From Promethearchaeota archaeon (GTDB taxonomy: Archaea; Asgardarchaeota; Lokiarchaeia; Sigyniarchaeales; SOKP01): DNA of 32,000 nt. Both the position numbers and the translations under genes were made by a program. Below, one piece after another: positions 1 through 9,482 of this stretch (positions within the stretch are counted from its first letter, which is position 1; each line of letters begins with the position of its first letter). The notes under the pieces were generated by a model, which saw only the letters and a list, made by a program, of their open reading frames with translations, was not told the DNA's origin and made no database searches. The stretch spans positions 210,001-242,000 of the forward strand of contig JAUWGH010000006.1 in assembly GCA_030606485.1 (NCBI GenBank), written 5' to 3'.

Positions 1-10
1 TGTGATTAAA

Positions 11-892
11 ATGATATGGAAGACAAAAATAACAGAAATGCTTGGCATTAAATATCCAATTATTTTAGGCGCAGCAGCAGGAAAACATAATATAAAATTA
101 ACAGCTGCAGTAAGTAATGCTGGTGGATTTGGTATTTTAACTGGATCTTCTTTTAGAAATCAAGAAAAATTTCGGAATGCCCTCTTGGAAATCAAAGAAA
201 TTACAAATAAATCGTTTGGCATAAATCTTACTCCAAATAATCCTGTTGGCTTTTCAAAAGAACCAATTCCTAAGTTTTTTCGATTTTTAGAAATTGCAAA
301 AGAAGAACAAATTAATACAATAATTACCGCTGGATCTAAAATTGAGGAATTTGGAAAAAAAATAAAAGAATATGAAATGAATTGGATTCATAAAGTTACT
401 ACCATGAGACATGCGATGTATGGAGAGAAAATGGGTGCTGACGCGATAATTTTAACTGGACTTGAAGGTGCAGGTTTTAAAAATCCAAAACAAAATACTT
501 TTCTCATCAATATGGTAAATGCTGATAGGATTCTAAAATTACCATTGATTGCTTCCGGAGGGATAAGTAATGGCAAAGGTATGTTGATGGCACTAATTTC
601 AGGTGCTCAAGCTGTTCACTTATGCACCGCATTTCTTGCAACAACAGAAAGTCCCATTCCAGATAGTTGGAAACAAAGAATAATCGATACCGATTGTTTT
701 GATCCAAATATAATTAAAAAAGTATGCCAGTTTGATTTAGATACTCCTAAAATTAATGATCTGTCTTTAGCTGCGGGAACAGTTAATAAAATAATTTCTG
801 CGGAAGAATTAGTAAATAATATAATTAATGAAGCCGAGAAAATATTGAAAAATCTAGGTTTCCAAGAAGATATTATTAATTTTATTCAATAA
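11..892 (+). CDS. nitronate monooxygenase / FabK-like flavin oxidoreductase (NMO family)
   Basis: ORF 2..892, first ATG at 11. Family motifs LGIKYPII, LTAAVSNAGGFGIL, HAMYGEKMGADAII, PLIASGGISNGKGMLMALISGAQAV, TAFLATTES. Confidence 0.85.
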   Translation: MIWKTKITEMLGIKYPIILGAAAGKHNIKLTAAVSNAGGFGILTGSSFRNQEKFRNALLEIKEITNKSFGINLTPNNPVGFSKEPIPKFFRFLEIAKEEQINTIITAGSKIEEFGKKIKEYEMNWIHKVTTMRHAMYGEKMGADAIILTGLEGAGFKNPKQNTFLINMVNADRILKLPLIASGGISNGKGMLMALISGAQAVHLCTAFLATTESPIPDSWKQRIIDTDCFDPNIIKKVCQFDLDTPKINDLSLAAGTVNKIISAEELVNNIINEAEKILKNLGFQEDIINFIQ

Positions 893-931
893 TGTTTTAT
901 ATAAATATCTGGGTAGATTTTGTAAAAACAT

Positions 932-1411
932 TTAAGAAGTATACTTTTTTGTAGCTTCTAAATACTTAGTATCCTTGCTATAGTCAAAAGATGCAATGTG
1001 AATAGGTTTTACAATAACTATTACCCACTCAGTTAATTCAGATAAACCTTTCCAATATCCCCTCGCTTCTTTTTCAGACATATACCTACTGAATATAGAA
1101 TGTGCCGCTTGATCCATATCTTTATCATCCATACTGGCTTTGCCATAAATTATAACACCTCTAGTTGGTGGACCTACCTCATCAATTAAAACAGTAACAT
1201 TATTATTTCGTTTGATATTTCTACCTCTACGACTATTTTTAGGAGTTCCAATAACTATCGTATCATTATCATAATTGAACCATACAGGTACTGCATGAAT
1301 TGTTCCATCTTTATTAATACTACAGATTCGTGCAATTTTTGCTTTTTCAAGAAAAGCACTAATCTCTTCCCTAGTTAATGCTGGTGATTGAGTATATGAC
1401 ATTTTAATCAC
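932..1411 (-). CDS. pyridoxamine 5'-phosphate oxidase-like (PPOX class, FMN/F420-binding split barrel) protein
   Basis: FLEKAKIARICSINKDGTIHAVPVWF, NIKRNNNVTVLID, GVIIYGKA match the PPOX pattern. Confidence 0.8.
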   Translation of the reverse strand: MIKMSYTQSPALTREEISAFLEKAKIARICSINKDGTIHAVPVWFNYDNDTIVIGTPKNSRRGRNIKRNNNVTVLIDEVGPPTRGVIIYGKASMDDKDMDQAAHSIFSRYMSEKEARGYWKGLSELTEWVIVIVKPIHIASFDYSKDTKYLEATKKYTS

Positions 1412-1500
1412 TTCAATTTAAATATAATTAATTCTAAACCCTAATAAAACTATAATTTTAAGATAGATATAATTAATAAAATTTAATATATACAATCATT

Positions 1501-1611
1501 TTATATTTTTATTTTACTCAAGATTCCATCGAGATAATTGATATTCTCCTGTTCGAGTTCTTCCTTTAACGCATTCGCTAAAGAATATCTAAACGCCCAC
1601 ACTTCCAAATT
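1501..1611 (-). repeat. NYN gene 3'-end fragment, copy 1 (NLEVWAFRYSLANALKEELEQENINYLDGILSKIKI*)
   Basis: Hand translation of the minus strand matches the last 36 residues of the NYN ORFs ending at 3755 and 14264. An in-frame TAG (1612-1614) lies directly upstream and there is no start codon. Confidence 0.95.
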
Positions 1612-1905
1612 CTATTAATAATATGTTAAAATTCAATAAAAAACAAGGTTCATAGGAAAAGGGATAAAAAAATTAAGACATGAATGTTTAAAATTAAAGA
1701 AAAGTATCGCGATAAAAATAATCCATAAAATTAATTTAATTCCTAATTTAAAATATAAAAAAATTCACCCTACCAAGAAATAAAATTAAATTATTTTCAA
1801 TTTTTGATTCTTCCTGATATAGATTAGTGTTGATCATTGTGATCGTCAATCTTGGAAATCTATTCTAATTATTTTCTAAATTAAATAATAATTTAAAATT
1901 GATTA

Positions 1906-2361
1906 TTAAGATTCAGATGAGTCTTTATTCTCACTTGAAGTCTTTAGAAACTTTAGAATCTCTTCTTTAAATAATGTAAAATCAGGAAGTCCATGGCAAA
2001 TTTCTTTAAAAGCGACTTCATCATCAATCTTTCCATATCGATGGACTAAGAAATTTCTAAATCCCTTTAACTCCTTAATTTTCTCAGCCATTTTTTTTGA
2101 TAAAATATTATTATCCAATAAAGCATCGATAATATCGTCCCTATTTGAAGGGATTCCTAATTTTAAATCCGAATTAATTATTGAGCAAATACTAATAATT
2201 TCTTGAATTGATGCTTCGACTTTTTTATAAATACCATCTTTAACTAAGCCTAAAGCTTTAAATTCGTTTATATTATCAGGAAGATTTTCTTTTACTAAAT
2301 CAATACTTTCTTCAATTACTTTAATTTTAGTTTTAATTATATCAGTTCTCAAAACAATCAC
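1906..2361 (-). CDS. HEPN (DUF86/HepT-like) ribonuclease toxin
   Basis: R-X4-H motif in GFRNFLVHRYGKID; 4-nt overlap with the upstream MNT gene. Confidence 0.9.
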   Translation of the reverse strand: MIVLRTDIIKTKIKVIEESIDLVKENLPDNINEFKALGLVKDGIYKKVEASIQEIISICSIINSDLKLGIPSNRDDIIDALLDNNILSKKMAEKIKELKGFRNFLVHRYGKIDDEVAFKEICHGLPDFTLFKEEILKFLKTSSENKDSSES

Positions 2362-2741
2362 CGATTAATATAATCCAAATATAATGGATAAAATTCTTCA
2401 TATTCATCAATAGTCTCGTTAGCGATTTCATATATCCTTTCTTCTTCCTTCACATATAGAATTTCACCTTTTAATACCTCAATCTGAACATATAATGGAA
2501 GTAATTGAAAAATCTGAATATCAAATTTTTCATTAAACATTTTTAATAATTCTAAACGTATTTCTGGGAGTTTTTTCATTTCATCATTAAAATATAAACA
2601 GATATCTATATCACTATCCTCTAAATGATATTCACTCAGAGAAGAACCATACAAAATGAAAAACTCTATTTTGGAAAAATACTTTGTATCTCTTAACTGC
2701 TTTAAAAATTTTTTAGCTAATTGTTTAATCTCTCCTTTCAT
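2358..2741 (-). CDS. minimal nucleotidyltransferase (MNT/MntA-like) antitoxin
   Basis: LYGSS...DSDIDIC motif and DIQIFQLLPLY segment. Probable start is ATG 2741 (MKGEIK); the ORF track extends to 2789. Confidence 0.9.
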   Translation of the reverse strand: MKGEIKQLAKKFLKQLRDTKYFSKIEFFILYGSSLSEYHLEDSDIDICLYFNDEMKKLPEIRLELLKMFNEKFDIQIFQLLPLYVQIEVLKGEILYVKEEERIYEIANETIDEYEEFYPLYLDYINR

Positions 2742-3115
2742 ATTAACATTATATCTTAAATAAAATATATAATCATTGCTGTAAACCATACTATAAATTT
2801 TGTCATAAATTTATCATTTTAACGCCATAATTTGTATTATTTATTAATTTCATACTCTAAAAAAGATACCCGCGAATTTTGATTATTCTACTATGGATTA
2901 GATTGTGATGAAAATGTAAATCCATTTTCTCCAATTCCTAATACTACTTTCATTTGCAATTACTCATAGGTTATCATTATCCTTTTTTCTGAATGTTTTA
3001 TTCTTTTTTTATACTTCAAATTCTTAATTTTATGGGACCAAATCAATTTGCTGGATTTCAATTCTTTTAAAAAATCATGCGGACTGTATTAATTCCCGTA
3101 ATATCAATATCCAAA

Positions 3116-3172
3116 GAGTTCTTCCTTTAACACATTTGCTAGCGAATATCAAAACGCCCATACTTCCAAATT
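3116..3172 (-). repeat. NYN gene 3'-region fragment, copy 2 (NLEVWAF*YSLANVLKEEL), degenerate
   Basis: gagttcttcctttaacacatttgctagcgaatatcaaaacgcccatacttccaaatt aligns with 1555-1611 and with both full NYN genes; the Arg codon has become TGA. Confidence 0.9.
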
Positions 3173-3311
3173 CTATTAGTAGCATCTTTATAAAAGACAT
3201 TTTATAAAAAATAAAAATTTAAATGTATGCCTATAAATTTGTATTTTGTACCGAAATCTAATCTAATAAAAAAAATTATAAAATGAAATTATATAGAGGT
3301 GGAAAATAAAA

Positions 3312-3626
3312 ATGATATTTATTTCATATTGGGAGTTAAATCCTGATTTTGACCCAGCAGATTTGGCTGAAATGGCACAAGAGCTTATTAGTAAAAAAAT
3401 CTACCCCCCTGAAGGAGTTAAGGAAATTGCATTTTATATTAGTACCTCGGATTATTGGGGTATTAGTATAGATGAAGCCGACAGTGAAGAAGCTTTAGCA
3501 AGGAATAGTAATATGTGGAGAATTGCTAAACCTGGTATTATGAAATTTATTAAAACCGCTCCTGCTATGGAAGTAGTCAAAATGCTCCCACTAGTGGTAA
3601 AATTGAAAAAACAAATAAAAGGTTAA
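3312..3626 (+). CDS. small hypothetical protein, DUF3303-like
   Basis: 104-aa ORF starting MIFISYWEL; clear paralog of the minus-strand ORF near 29.2-29.5 kb (shared WRIAKPGI). Family name is from recall only. Confidence 0.55.
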   Translation: MIFISYWELNPDFDPADLAEMAQELISKKIYPPEGVKEIAFYISTSDYWGISIDEADSEEALARNSNMWRIAKPGIMKFIKTAPAMEVVKMLPLVVKLKKQIKG

Positions 3627-3754
3627 TATTGAAGAGACTTTCTTTCTTTATCAAGGCTCCAGAGTAAATTATATATCAAAATTAAAAATCTTAATTTTCT
3701 TTTTTTTTAAATCCCGCCATTATTTATCCCAATAATTAAATAATTACATTCAAA

Positions 3755-4252
3755 TTACATCTTTATTTTGTTTAATACATCATCAAGATAATTGATATTC
3801 TCCTGTTCGAGTTCTTCCTTTAACGCATTCGCTAACGAATATCGAAACGCCCATAGTTCTAAATTTTTATCCAATTCTTTTACTTTCTTAACAACAGGTA
3901 CAAAATCACCGTCTCCAGATACCAATATAGCCGTATCATATGCATTTTCATACGCAAGAGAGATTATATCAATCGCGATTTTTATATCAACTTTCTTTTC
4001 AACGGCATCACTAAACGTTATCTTATCAAAACTGGCTTTAATCACATATCCACTTAGATTACTTAAATCCTCATACCACTTCTTTTTCTCCAGACTCATG
4101 GGATACACGACACCTTCATATAAAAATATGCCCTGTAATTTTCGGCCCCGAGTTATGATGTTTTTCAGCTTTTCATAGTCTGCCTTGATGTTAAACTTCC
4201 TAAAACCCTTGAAAATGTTGCTATTATCTATAAAAATTATGATTCGTTCCAT
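3755..4252 (-). CDS. NYN domain (LabA/DUF88, PIN-like) nuclease, copy A
   Basis: IFIDNSN, EKKVDIKIAIDII and DTAILVSGDGDFVPVV motifs. Start set at ATG 4252 because the paralog at 14264..14761 has the same 498-nt length. Confidence 0.92.
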   Translation of the reverse strand: MERIIIFIDNSNIFKGFRKFNIKADYEKLKNIITRGRKLQGIFLYEGVVYPMSLEKKKWYEDLSNLSGYVIKASFDKITFSDAVEKKVDIKIAIDIISLAYENAYDTAILVSGDGDFVPVVKKVKELDKNLELWAFRYSLANALKEELEQENINYLDDVLNKIKM

Positions 4253-4463
4253 TTCAAAAACCTTTTTTGTTACCTTAAAATGCAATTAATGATTGATGAT
4301 TAATAATAACTATGCAAGAACCGAAAAGACGAAAAAAACTCCCGAATCGCCAACAACTTCGCAAAATGAGACCTTAAGAGTAAATATTGTGGTGACCTAA
4401 TTAAAATCAAATAAATCAATCAAATATAAATATGAAGATAAAACATATCATTTCTGCAATACC

Positions 4464-4658
4464 GTGTGTGAGGTCGAATTTAAAAGTGACCCTAAAAAAT
4501 ACATTCAAAAAGAAATAATTGATGCTTTTATCGTTCGTGATAAAGATCAAATTACAATTCCAAAAGAAATCCCAGAAAAATTAGGAATTACGAAAGGAGA
4601 TAAACTAATTCTTGATTTAAAAGAGAATAAAATAATAATTACTAAATATCTCTCATAA
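4464..4658 (+). CDS. AbrB/MazE/SpoVT-type DNA-binding protein, possibly degenerate
   Basis: QITIPKEIPEKLGITKGDKLILDLKENKIII matches the AbrB consensus, with P where R is usual; N-terminus atypical. Confidence 0.6.
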   Translation: MCEVEFKSDPKKYIQKEIIDAFIVRDKDQITIPKEIPEKLGITKGDKLILDLKENKIIITKYLS

Positions 4659-5097
4659 ATTTCGACAGCAACATATAGTTTAATATTCGATTTTATTATA
4701 TTTTACGTTATAAAAAATTTTAATAGATTTATAACTTAAATATCAAAAGTTTTCAATTTAAATATATCTCCATTAAATTTACGTATCAAATTTTACCAAA
4801 AATTAATTAGTATGAATTTAATTAATAAATTAAATTTGTTTTATGCCTTTTTGTTTAATAATGTTTTTATGGCAAGTTAAAGAAGTATCTACTAGAAATC
4901 AATTTTTTCATGTTGGAAAATGTCCCCATCGTCCCAAATTCAGGATAATAATTGGACTATATTATATTTTAATTATTTTTATCATATAAATACACATTGA
5001 ATAAAAATAATAAGTATCGAATAAAAGTGATTTTAGAAGATAGTTAATTCTAATATAAAATTTTTAATCTACAGAAAATAGAGATGATTTATCTTTT

Positions 5098-5808
5098 TTG
5101 AGTGAAATTGACAATAAAACTTTTCTTTATAATTATAAATTCAGAGTAATTTTTACTTGGGTTTGGTTTTTTATAGGTTCACTCATAGTTATTCTTATCT
5201 TTTTTATAATAAAGAATTTTAACATCGAAGAGACCCTAGCAATTTTAAATAATGAAAGGCATTTAATGGTATTCATAGAATTTAGTTCAGTCGGATTTAT
5301 GCCCTTATTAATTACTATAATGTGCAAGGATAATCTTGGCCTATACGGTGTGAATAAAGTTAAGAGAAATATACTTAAATCTATTGTTACTTCAGTTTTG
5401 ATGATTGCAATTATGTATAGTATTGGTTATTTACTAAATGGTGTTATAATAAAATATGAATCTTATGATTTTGGTCTTGAAATTCCTTGGAATATCATAT
5501 TTGGAATTATTAGTGTGTTTACATGGGGACCTTTAGAAGTATTTTTTTATATTTGGCTGCTAACTAATACAGATATGATATTTGATGAGAGAAATAAGCT
5601 GTTCTCAAAGGGATTAATCATAACAACTATTGTTTTTGCAGCTGTTCATATCCTTACTACTAATGTTTTAAATGTATTCTATGTGGGAGGTATTTTTCTT
5701 GTTTTAGGATTGATTTATAAGTATTCTAATAACATTTTGGGTCCAGCTATAGCTTGGACGATGATAAACGGAACGATATGGTTTGTATCTCAAATGTTTT
5801 GGGTATAA
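5098..5808 (+). CDS. CPBP (CAAX protease/Abi) family intramembrane protein with degenerate catalytic motifs
   Basis: Multiple TM segments; PLEVFF, FAAVH and WTMIN occupy the EExxxR, FxxxH and HxxxN positions. Confidence 0.65.
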   Translation: MSEIDNKTFLYNYKFRVIFTWVWFFIGSLIVILIFFIIKNFNIEETLAILNNERHLMVFIEFSSVGFMPLLITIMCKDNLGLYGVNKVKRNILKSIVTSVLMIAIMYSIGYLLNGVIIKYESYDFGLEIPWNIIFGIISVFTWGPLEVFFYIWLLTNTDMIFDERNKLFSKGLIITTIVFAAVHILTTNVLNVFYVGGIFLVLGLIYKYSNNILGPAIAWTMINGTIWFVSQMFWV

Positions 5809-5834
5809 TATAATATCTATTTTTTAACACGTTT

Positions 5835-6457
5835 TTAATATTCATGAGGTAAAGTAAAGACATAGATACTTACAAAAAGAACATCATAATCGTCCTTAAT
5901 CTCTGATCGCTTTATTTCGCCAATAACCACATTACTTCTTGCATGTGAAACCATCATGACAGTCCTTAATATCACCGGAAGTTTCAATTCTCTTGAAATT
6001 TTAAATGCTCTTTTTGTAAATTTTAAACATTCCTGAGGATTGCTCGGTTCTAATGCCGGTACTTTTAAAAGTTTTAAATAATACCTTAAATCCATTTCAA
6101 CAGCATTCGAATGCTGTTGAGGGTCATCAGCAACTAAAATAACTAACGCCGAGTTTAAATTTTTTGGACGAGTCGTAGCAAGAGCCAATAGAGGATCTGA
6201 AGCAACGTTTAATCCCACATTTTTCATGCCAACCATAACAGTGGCACCTCTTGCATATGCGGCACCGGCGACTTCTATAGCTACTTTCTCATTAATACTT
6301 GACTCCACTCATTTCATGCCTACCCCTGTGAAAATTTCCATGAAAATTTCTCCAACTTCAGAACTGGGTGTGCCCGGATAAAACGTGAAAACATCTAAAC
6401 CACTTTCTAAAGCACCACGAACTATCGCCTCGTTTCCTAAAAAGAAATTCGTTCCAT
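5835..6457 (-). pseudogene. iorA: indolepyruvate ferredoxin oxidoreductase alpha subunit, N-terminal remnant
   Basis: LGNEAIVRGALESG...FYPGTPSSEV, then in-frame TGA (6309-6311), then SINEKVA, MKNVGLNVASDPL, ADDP, EPSNPQE. ATG 6457 is out of frame with the body, and the gene ends after about 200 codons against the convergent CPBP gene. Confidence 0.85.
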
Positions 6458-6632
6458 TTTAAAGACTCTTTTCGTAATTAATAATTTAATCTTTTTTAAA
6501 TCCTCCTTTTAACCAAGGAAAAGATTATAATCATCACAACGAAAATATGAGAGAGGAGGAATATTGGAATTGATTAAAAAGGAAATTTTTAGATTCGGGA
6601 ATAAAATTGTTTTTTAAAATGTCAAATTAATT

Positions 6633-6992
6633 TCATTTCTCTTTTGATTGCAAAGATTTTTTAATCTTCTGTTTATATTTATCTAAATCTAATTTTAAAA
6701 TTCGCTTAATTCCAATATCCGCCTCTTCTTCTGTTAAATCCAATCCAATTTTATGGCGGTGGCAGATATCGATAAACTCCCAAAGATTAATACCAGCAAT
6801 CTCCGATGCTTTTCCAAAAGACACTTTTCCCTTCTTATATTCATCTAGTGCAATCTCAATCTTTATTTCGCGAATGGATTTTAAGAGTAAATGACGGATA
6901 GCGGTACTTTTATCCATTTTCAAAATTTTTTGCAATTTTTCAATTTCTTTATTCAAATCCGAAGGTATTACAATTGACAATCTTTCACTCAA
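6633..6992 (-). CDS. UPF0175 family protein (putative antitoxin)
   Basis: N-terminal RHH-like segment, then ALDEYKKGKVSFGKASEIAGINLWEFIDI; 8-nt overlap with the DUF3368 gene. Confidence 0.85.
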   Translation of the reverse strand: MSERLSIVIPSDLNKEIEKLQKILKMDKSTAIRHLLLKSIREIKIEIALDEYKKGKVSFGKASEIAGINLWEFIDICHRHKIGLDLTEEEADIGIKRILKLDLDKYKQKIKKSLQSKEK

Positions 6993-7479
6993 ATCTTTTT
7001 CCCTCTTTTAAATATTTCTCATATACTTTGGGAGATATCCAGCCATTTGCAGCATATTTCCCCAAATTTGATTGAAATAGTGTCGAATCAATCATGTTTT
7101 CTTTACGTAATAATAAAAGTGTATCCGCAGTAGATACTACTTCAATCTCTTTTTGTTCTGCAACTAATCGACCCTTTTTTTCATCCATTACCAATAATCC
7201 ATCTAATTGTTGCGCTAATTGTATTGCTTCATATTCTCCCGCATGAAGATAATCTTTTAAAATTGGATCATGCAGACTAATCTCCATTTTTTTAATTTTT
7301 TTATTTTTAAAATAATTTTGTAAAAGAATTGCATCAGAAAATCCAATTTTTATTCCTTCTTCTATTACCTCAAAATAAACTTTATCGGGAATAACAATAA
7401 AATCAAATAAATTTAAAATAAAACTAATTTTACCAATTTTGGTTAGATGAATCAAAGGAGATGAATCAAATATGATCAT
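6985..7479 (-). CDS. DUF3368 PIN-domain protein (VapC-like putative toxin)
   Basis: IFDSSPLIHL, IPDKVYFEV, LHAGEYEAIQLA and LVMDEKKGR motifs. Confidence 0.85.
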   Translation of the reverse strand: MIIFDSSPLIHLTKIGKISFILNLFDFIVIPDKVYFEVIEEGIKIGFSDAILLQNYFKNKKIKKMEISLHDPILKDYLHAGEYEAIQLAQQLDGLLVMDEKKGRLVAEQKEIEVVSTADTLLLLRKENMIDSTLFQSNLGKYAANGWISPKVYEKYLKEGKRFE

Positions 7480-7621
7480 TTATGATATTATATGTATTTT
7501 ACATATATATATATCTAACTTTTATAATTACAGAAAACGAAAATAATGTTTCTAAATCAATTATATTCTTACTATTTAGTTGTAGGAAAACTCTATCTAT
7601 AAACTTGGACATATTGCCCTA

Positions 7622-7644
7622 CCCCATCGATAGAGGAGATGGGG
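7622..7644. other. GC-rich hairpin CCCCATC-N9-GATGGGG in AT-rich intergenic DNA
   Basis: Perfect 7-bp inverted repeat read directly from the sequence; function unknown. Confidence 0.4.
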
Positions 7645-7849
7645 ATATTCTTAATATTTTTAAAACTTCATTCGTCTTCATTAATACTATTAATTAGAAG
7701 AATATGCACTCTATAGGAGATACGGTCTTTCAATTTAGTAATTCTTTATAAAGAATTATAAGAAAATCTAAAATATTATCAAATAATAGAAAATTTTAAG
7801 GGATTTATTATTTTTACTAACTATATGGAATTTAAAAAGTGGATGTTAT

Positions 7850-8299
7850 TTGTCACATACTAAAATTTTAACTAAAAAGAAAAAAAATATAGCTCTGATC
7901 GCCCATGATGAAAGAAAACAAGATCTCATAGAATGGGTAAAATTCAATAAAGGAACCCTTAGCCAACATAATCTTTTTGGGACTGGGACAACTGGATCAC
8001 TAATCACACGTGAACTAGGACTTAAAGTAAAAACCTTTTTGAGCGGTCCCCTAGGGGGTGACCAACAGATTGGAGCAAAAATCGCTGAAGGAGAAATCGA
8101 TTTTCTCATCTTCTTTTGGGACCCTCTTGAATCCAATCCTCATGATCCAGATGTAAAAGCGCTTTTGCGAATAACTGTCGTTTGGAACATACCTGTAGCT
8201 TGTAATAGAGCTACAGCGGATTTTCTAATCTCTTCATCCCTATTGTCTGAAGAATATAAACGTTCAGTGATTGATTATGCAAAGAGATATGGAACATAG
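7850..8299 (+). CDS. mgsA: methylglyoxal synthase
   Basis: [42 protein letters not shown] and [14 protein letters not shown] are all diagnostic. Confidence 0.95.
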   Translation: MSHTKILTKKKKNIALIAHDERKQDLIEWVKFNKGTLSQHNLFGTGTTGSLITRELGLKVKTFLSGPLGGDQQIGAKIAEGEIDFLIFFWDPLESNPHDPDVKALLRITVVWNIPVACNRATADFLISSSLLSEEYKRSVIDYAKRYGT

Positions 8300-8547
8300 T
8301 AATTTAAATAATCCAAATTATTGAGGATAATGAGTCAATTCTCATCATCAAAATAAAAAATTCAGAAGACCATCATATCTATATCCTAAATGGTGAGGCT
8401 GAATTTTCCCACGATAATGGAGTAATTTATGCAGATACCTTTTTAGTAAAAGAAAAGGTCGTAGTTAAGCTTTGTTTATCTGAAAAAATCGATTTATCAA
8501 AAAATTACAATAGAAAAATTATCAGTTGATTAGAATTTGGTAATCAA

Positions 8548-8931
8548 TTAAGGTAGAATTAAATTGAAATAATCAATTAAAATGTTTTTTATTCGTTTTA
8601 AATCAACATCATCTATCTTTCCCCATTTTTTTATAAACCTTTTATGACTTAAAGATCTAATTTGATATAACATTGCTATGGATTTCTTCGTTAGCCCATT
8701 TTTTTGTGATGGATTTATTGTATATGTATGATGGAATTTTCCAACTTGCAAATTACTTGTTAATGGAATAATTGTTGACAAATTCACAAACTTATTTACT
8801 TTAAGAACGATGCATGGTCGCTTATCCATCATCTCATGTTCTATATAATCTGTTTTAGTATATGATAATTGAACTAACCAAATTTCTCCTTTATTGATAT
8901 TAATTTTTTTACCTGATTGCATTAATGTCAC
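8548..8931 (-). CDS. MazF/PemK family endoribonuclease toxin
   Basis: GEIWLVQL, KRPCIVL, IIPLTS and SIAMLYQIRSLSHKRF. Confidence 0.88.
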   Translation of the reverse strand: MTLMQSGKKININKGEIWLVQLSYTKTDYIEHEMMDKRPCIVLKVNKFVNLSTIIPLTSNLQVGKFHHTYTINPSQKNGLTKKSIAMLYQIRSLSHKRFIKKWGKIDDVDLKRIKNILIDYFNLILP

Positions 8932-8936
8932 TCTGT

Positions 8937-9482
8937 TCAGTCATCTGCTAAATCCCATAATTCCATTTCCTTCTTAACATCCTCAGTAAGAAAATCTGGA
9001 CTAAATAATATTTTTTTAACTACATTTATTCCAATGGTGATCATCCAATCTTTTAGATAGGGCTTCTCTTTTTTTGTATAGACAAAGAGGTCATCATCAA
9101 GAAAAGAAGGATACTTTTTTTTAATATAAGAAATTGTGGCTAAAGTTTCTAAAAATTCAGAAAAATGATCTTTCATTAATCCATGTTCAAGTATATTTTT
9201 TTGGACGTTTTTCAATATTATTTCTTCATCTTTAGTGAATTCTTGTATTAAATCCTGATTTGACACAAAATTTGGATAGTTAAAATAGTCTGCCGTTAAT
9301 GAACTACTATAGGGACCTTTTACATATAAAATAAAATGATATTTTAGTGGATATCCCAATGCTTTTGATATATAAGCTAATTTTTGCAAAATAAACCGTG
9401 TCTGATAACTTTTTCTTGGATCTTCTAAATCAATATTCCAATACTTCAATGCTGAACATAATTTTTTAAAGTCTTCGCTCAC
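8937..9482 (-). CDS. SocA/Panacea (DUF4065)-like winged-helix protein, putative antitoxin
   Basis: RFILQKLAYI...YHFILYVKGPYSSSL resembles the LQKLxY...GPY signature; lies directly upstream of mazF. Confidence 0.6.
   Translation of the reverse strand: MSEDFKKLCSALKYWNIDLEDPRKSYQTRFILQKLAYISKALGYPLKYHFILYVKGPYSSSLTADYFNYPNFVSNQDLIQEFTKDEEIILKNVQKNILEHGLMKDHFSEFLETLATISYIKKKYPSFLDDDLFVYTKKEKPYLKDWMITIGINVVKKILFSPDFLTEDVKKEMELWDLADD

Noticed and set aside
2820-3115. Possible eroded coding sequence between MNT and NYN copy 2
   Set aside because: Multiple stops and no recognisable family.
7482-7697. 71-aa plus-strand ORF
   Set aside because: Low-complexity AT-rich translation with no recognisable motif.
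8308-8529. Start-less frame after mgsA containing HHIYILNGEAEF (cupin-like)
   Set aside because: Only one short motif and no start codon; too weak to call without a search.
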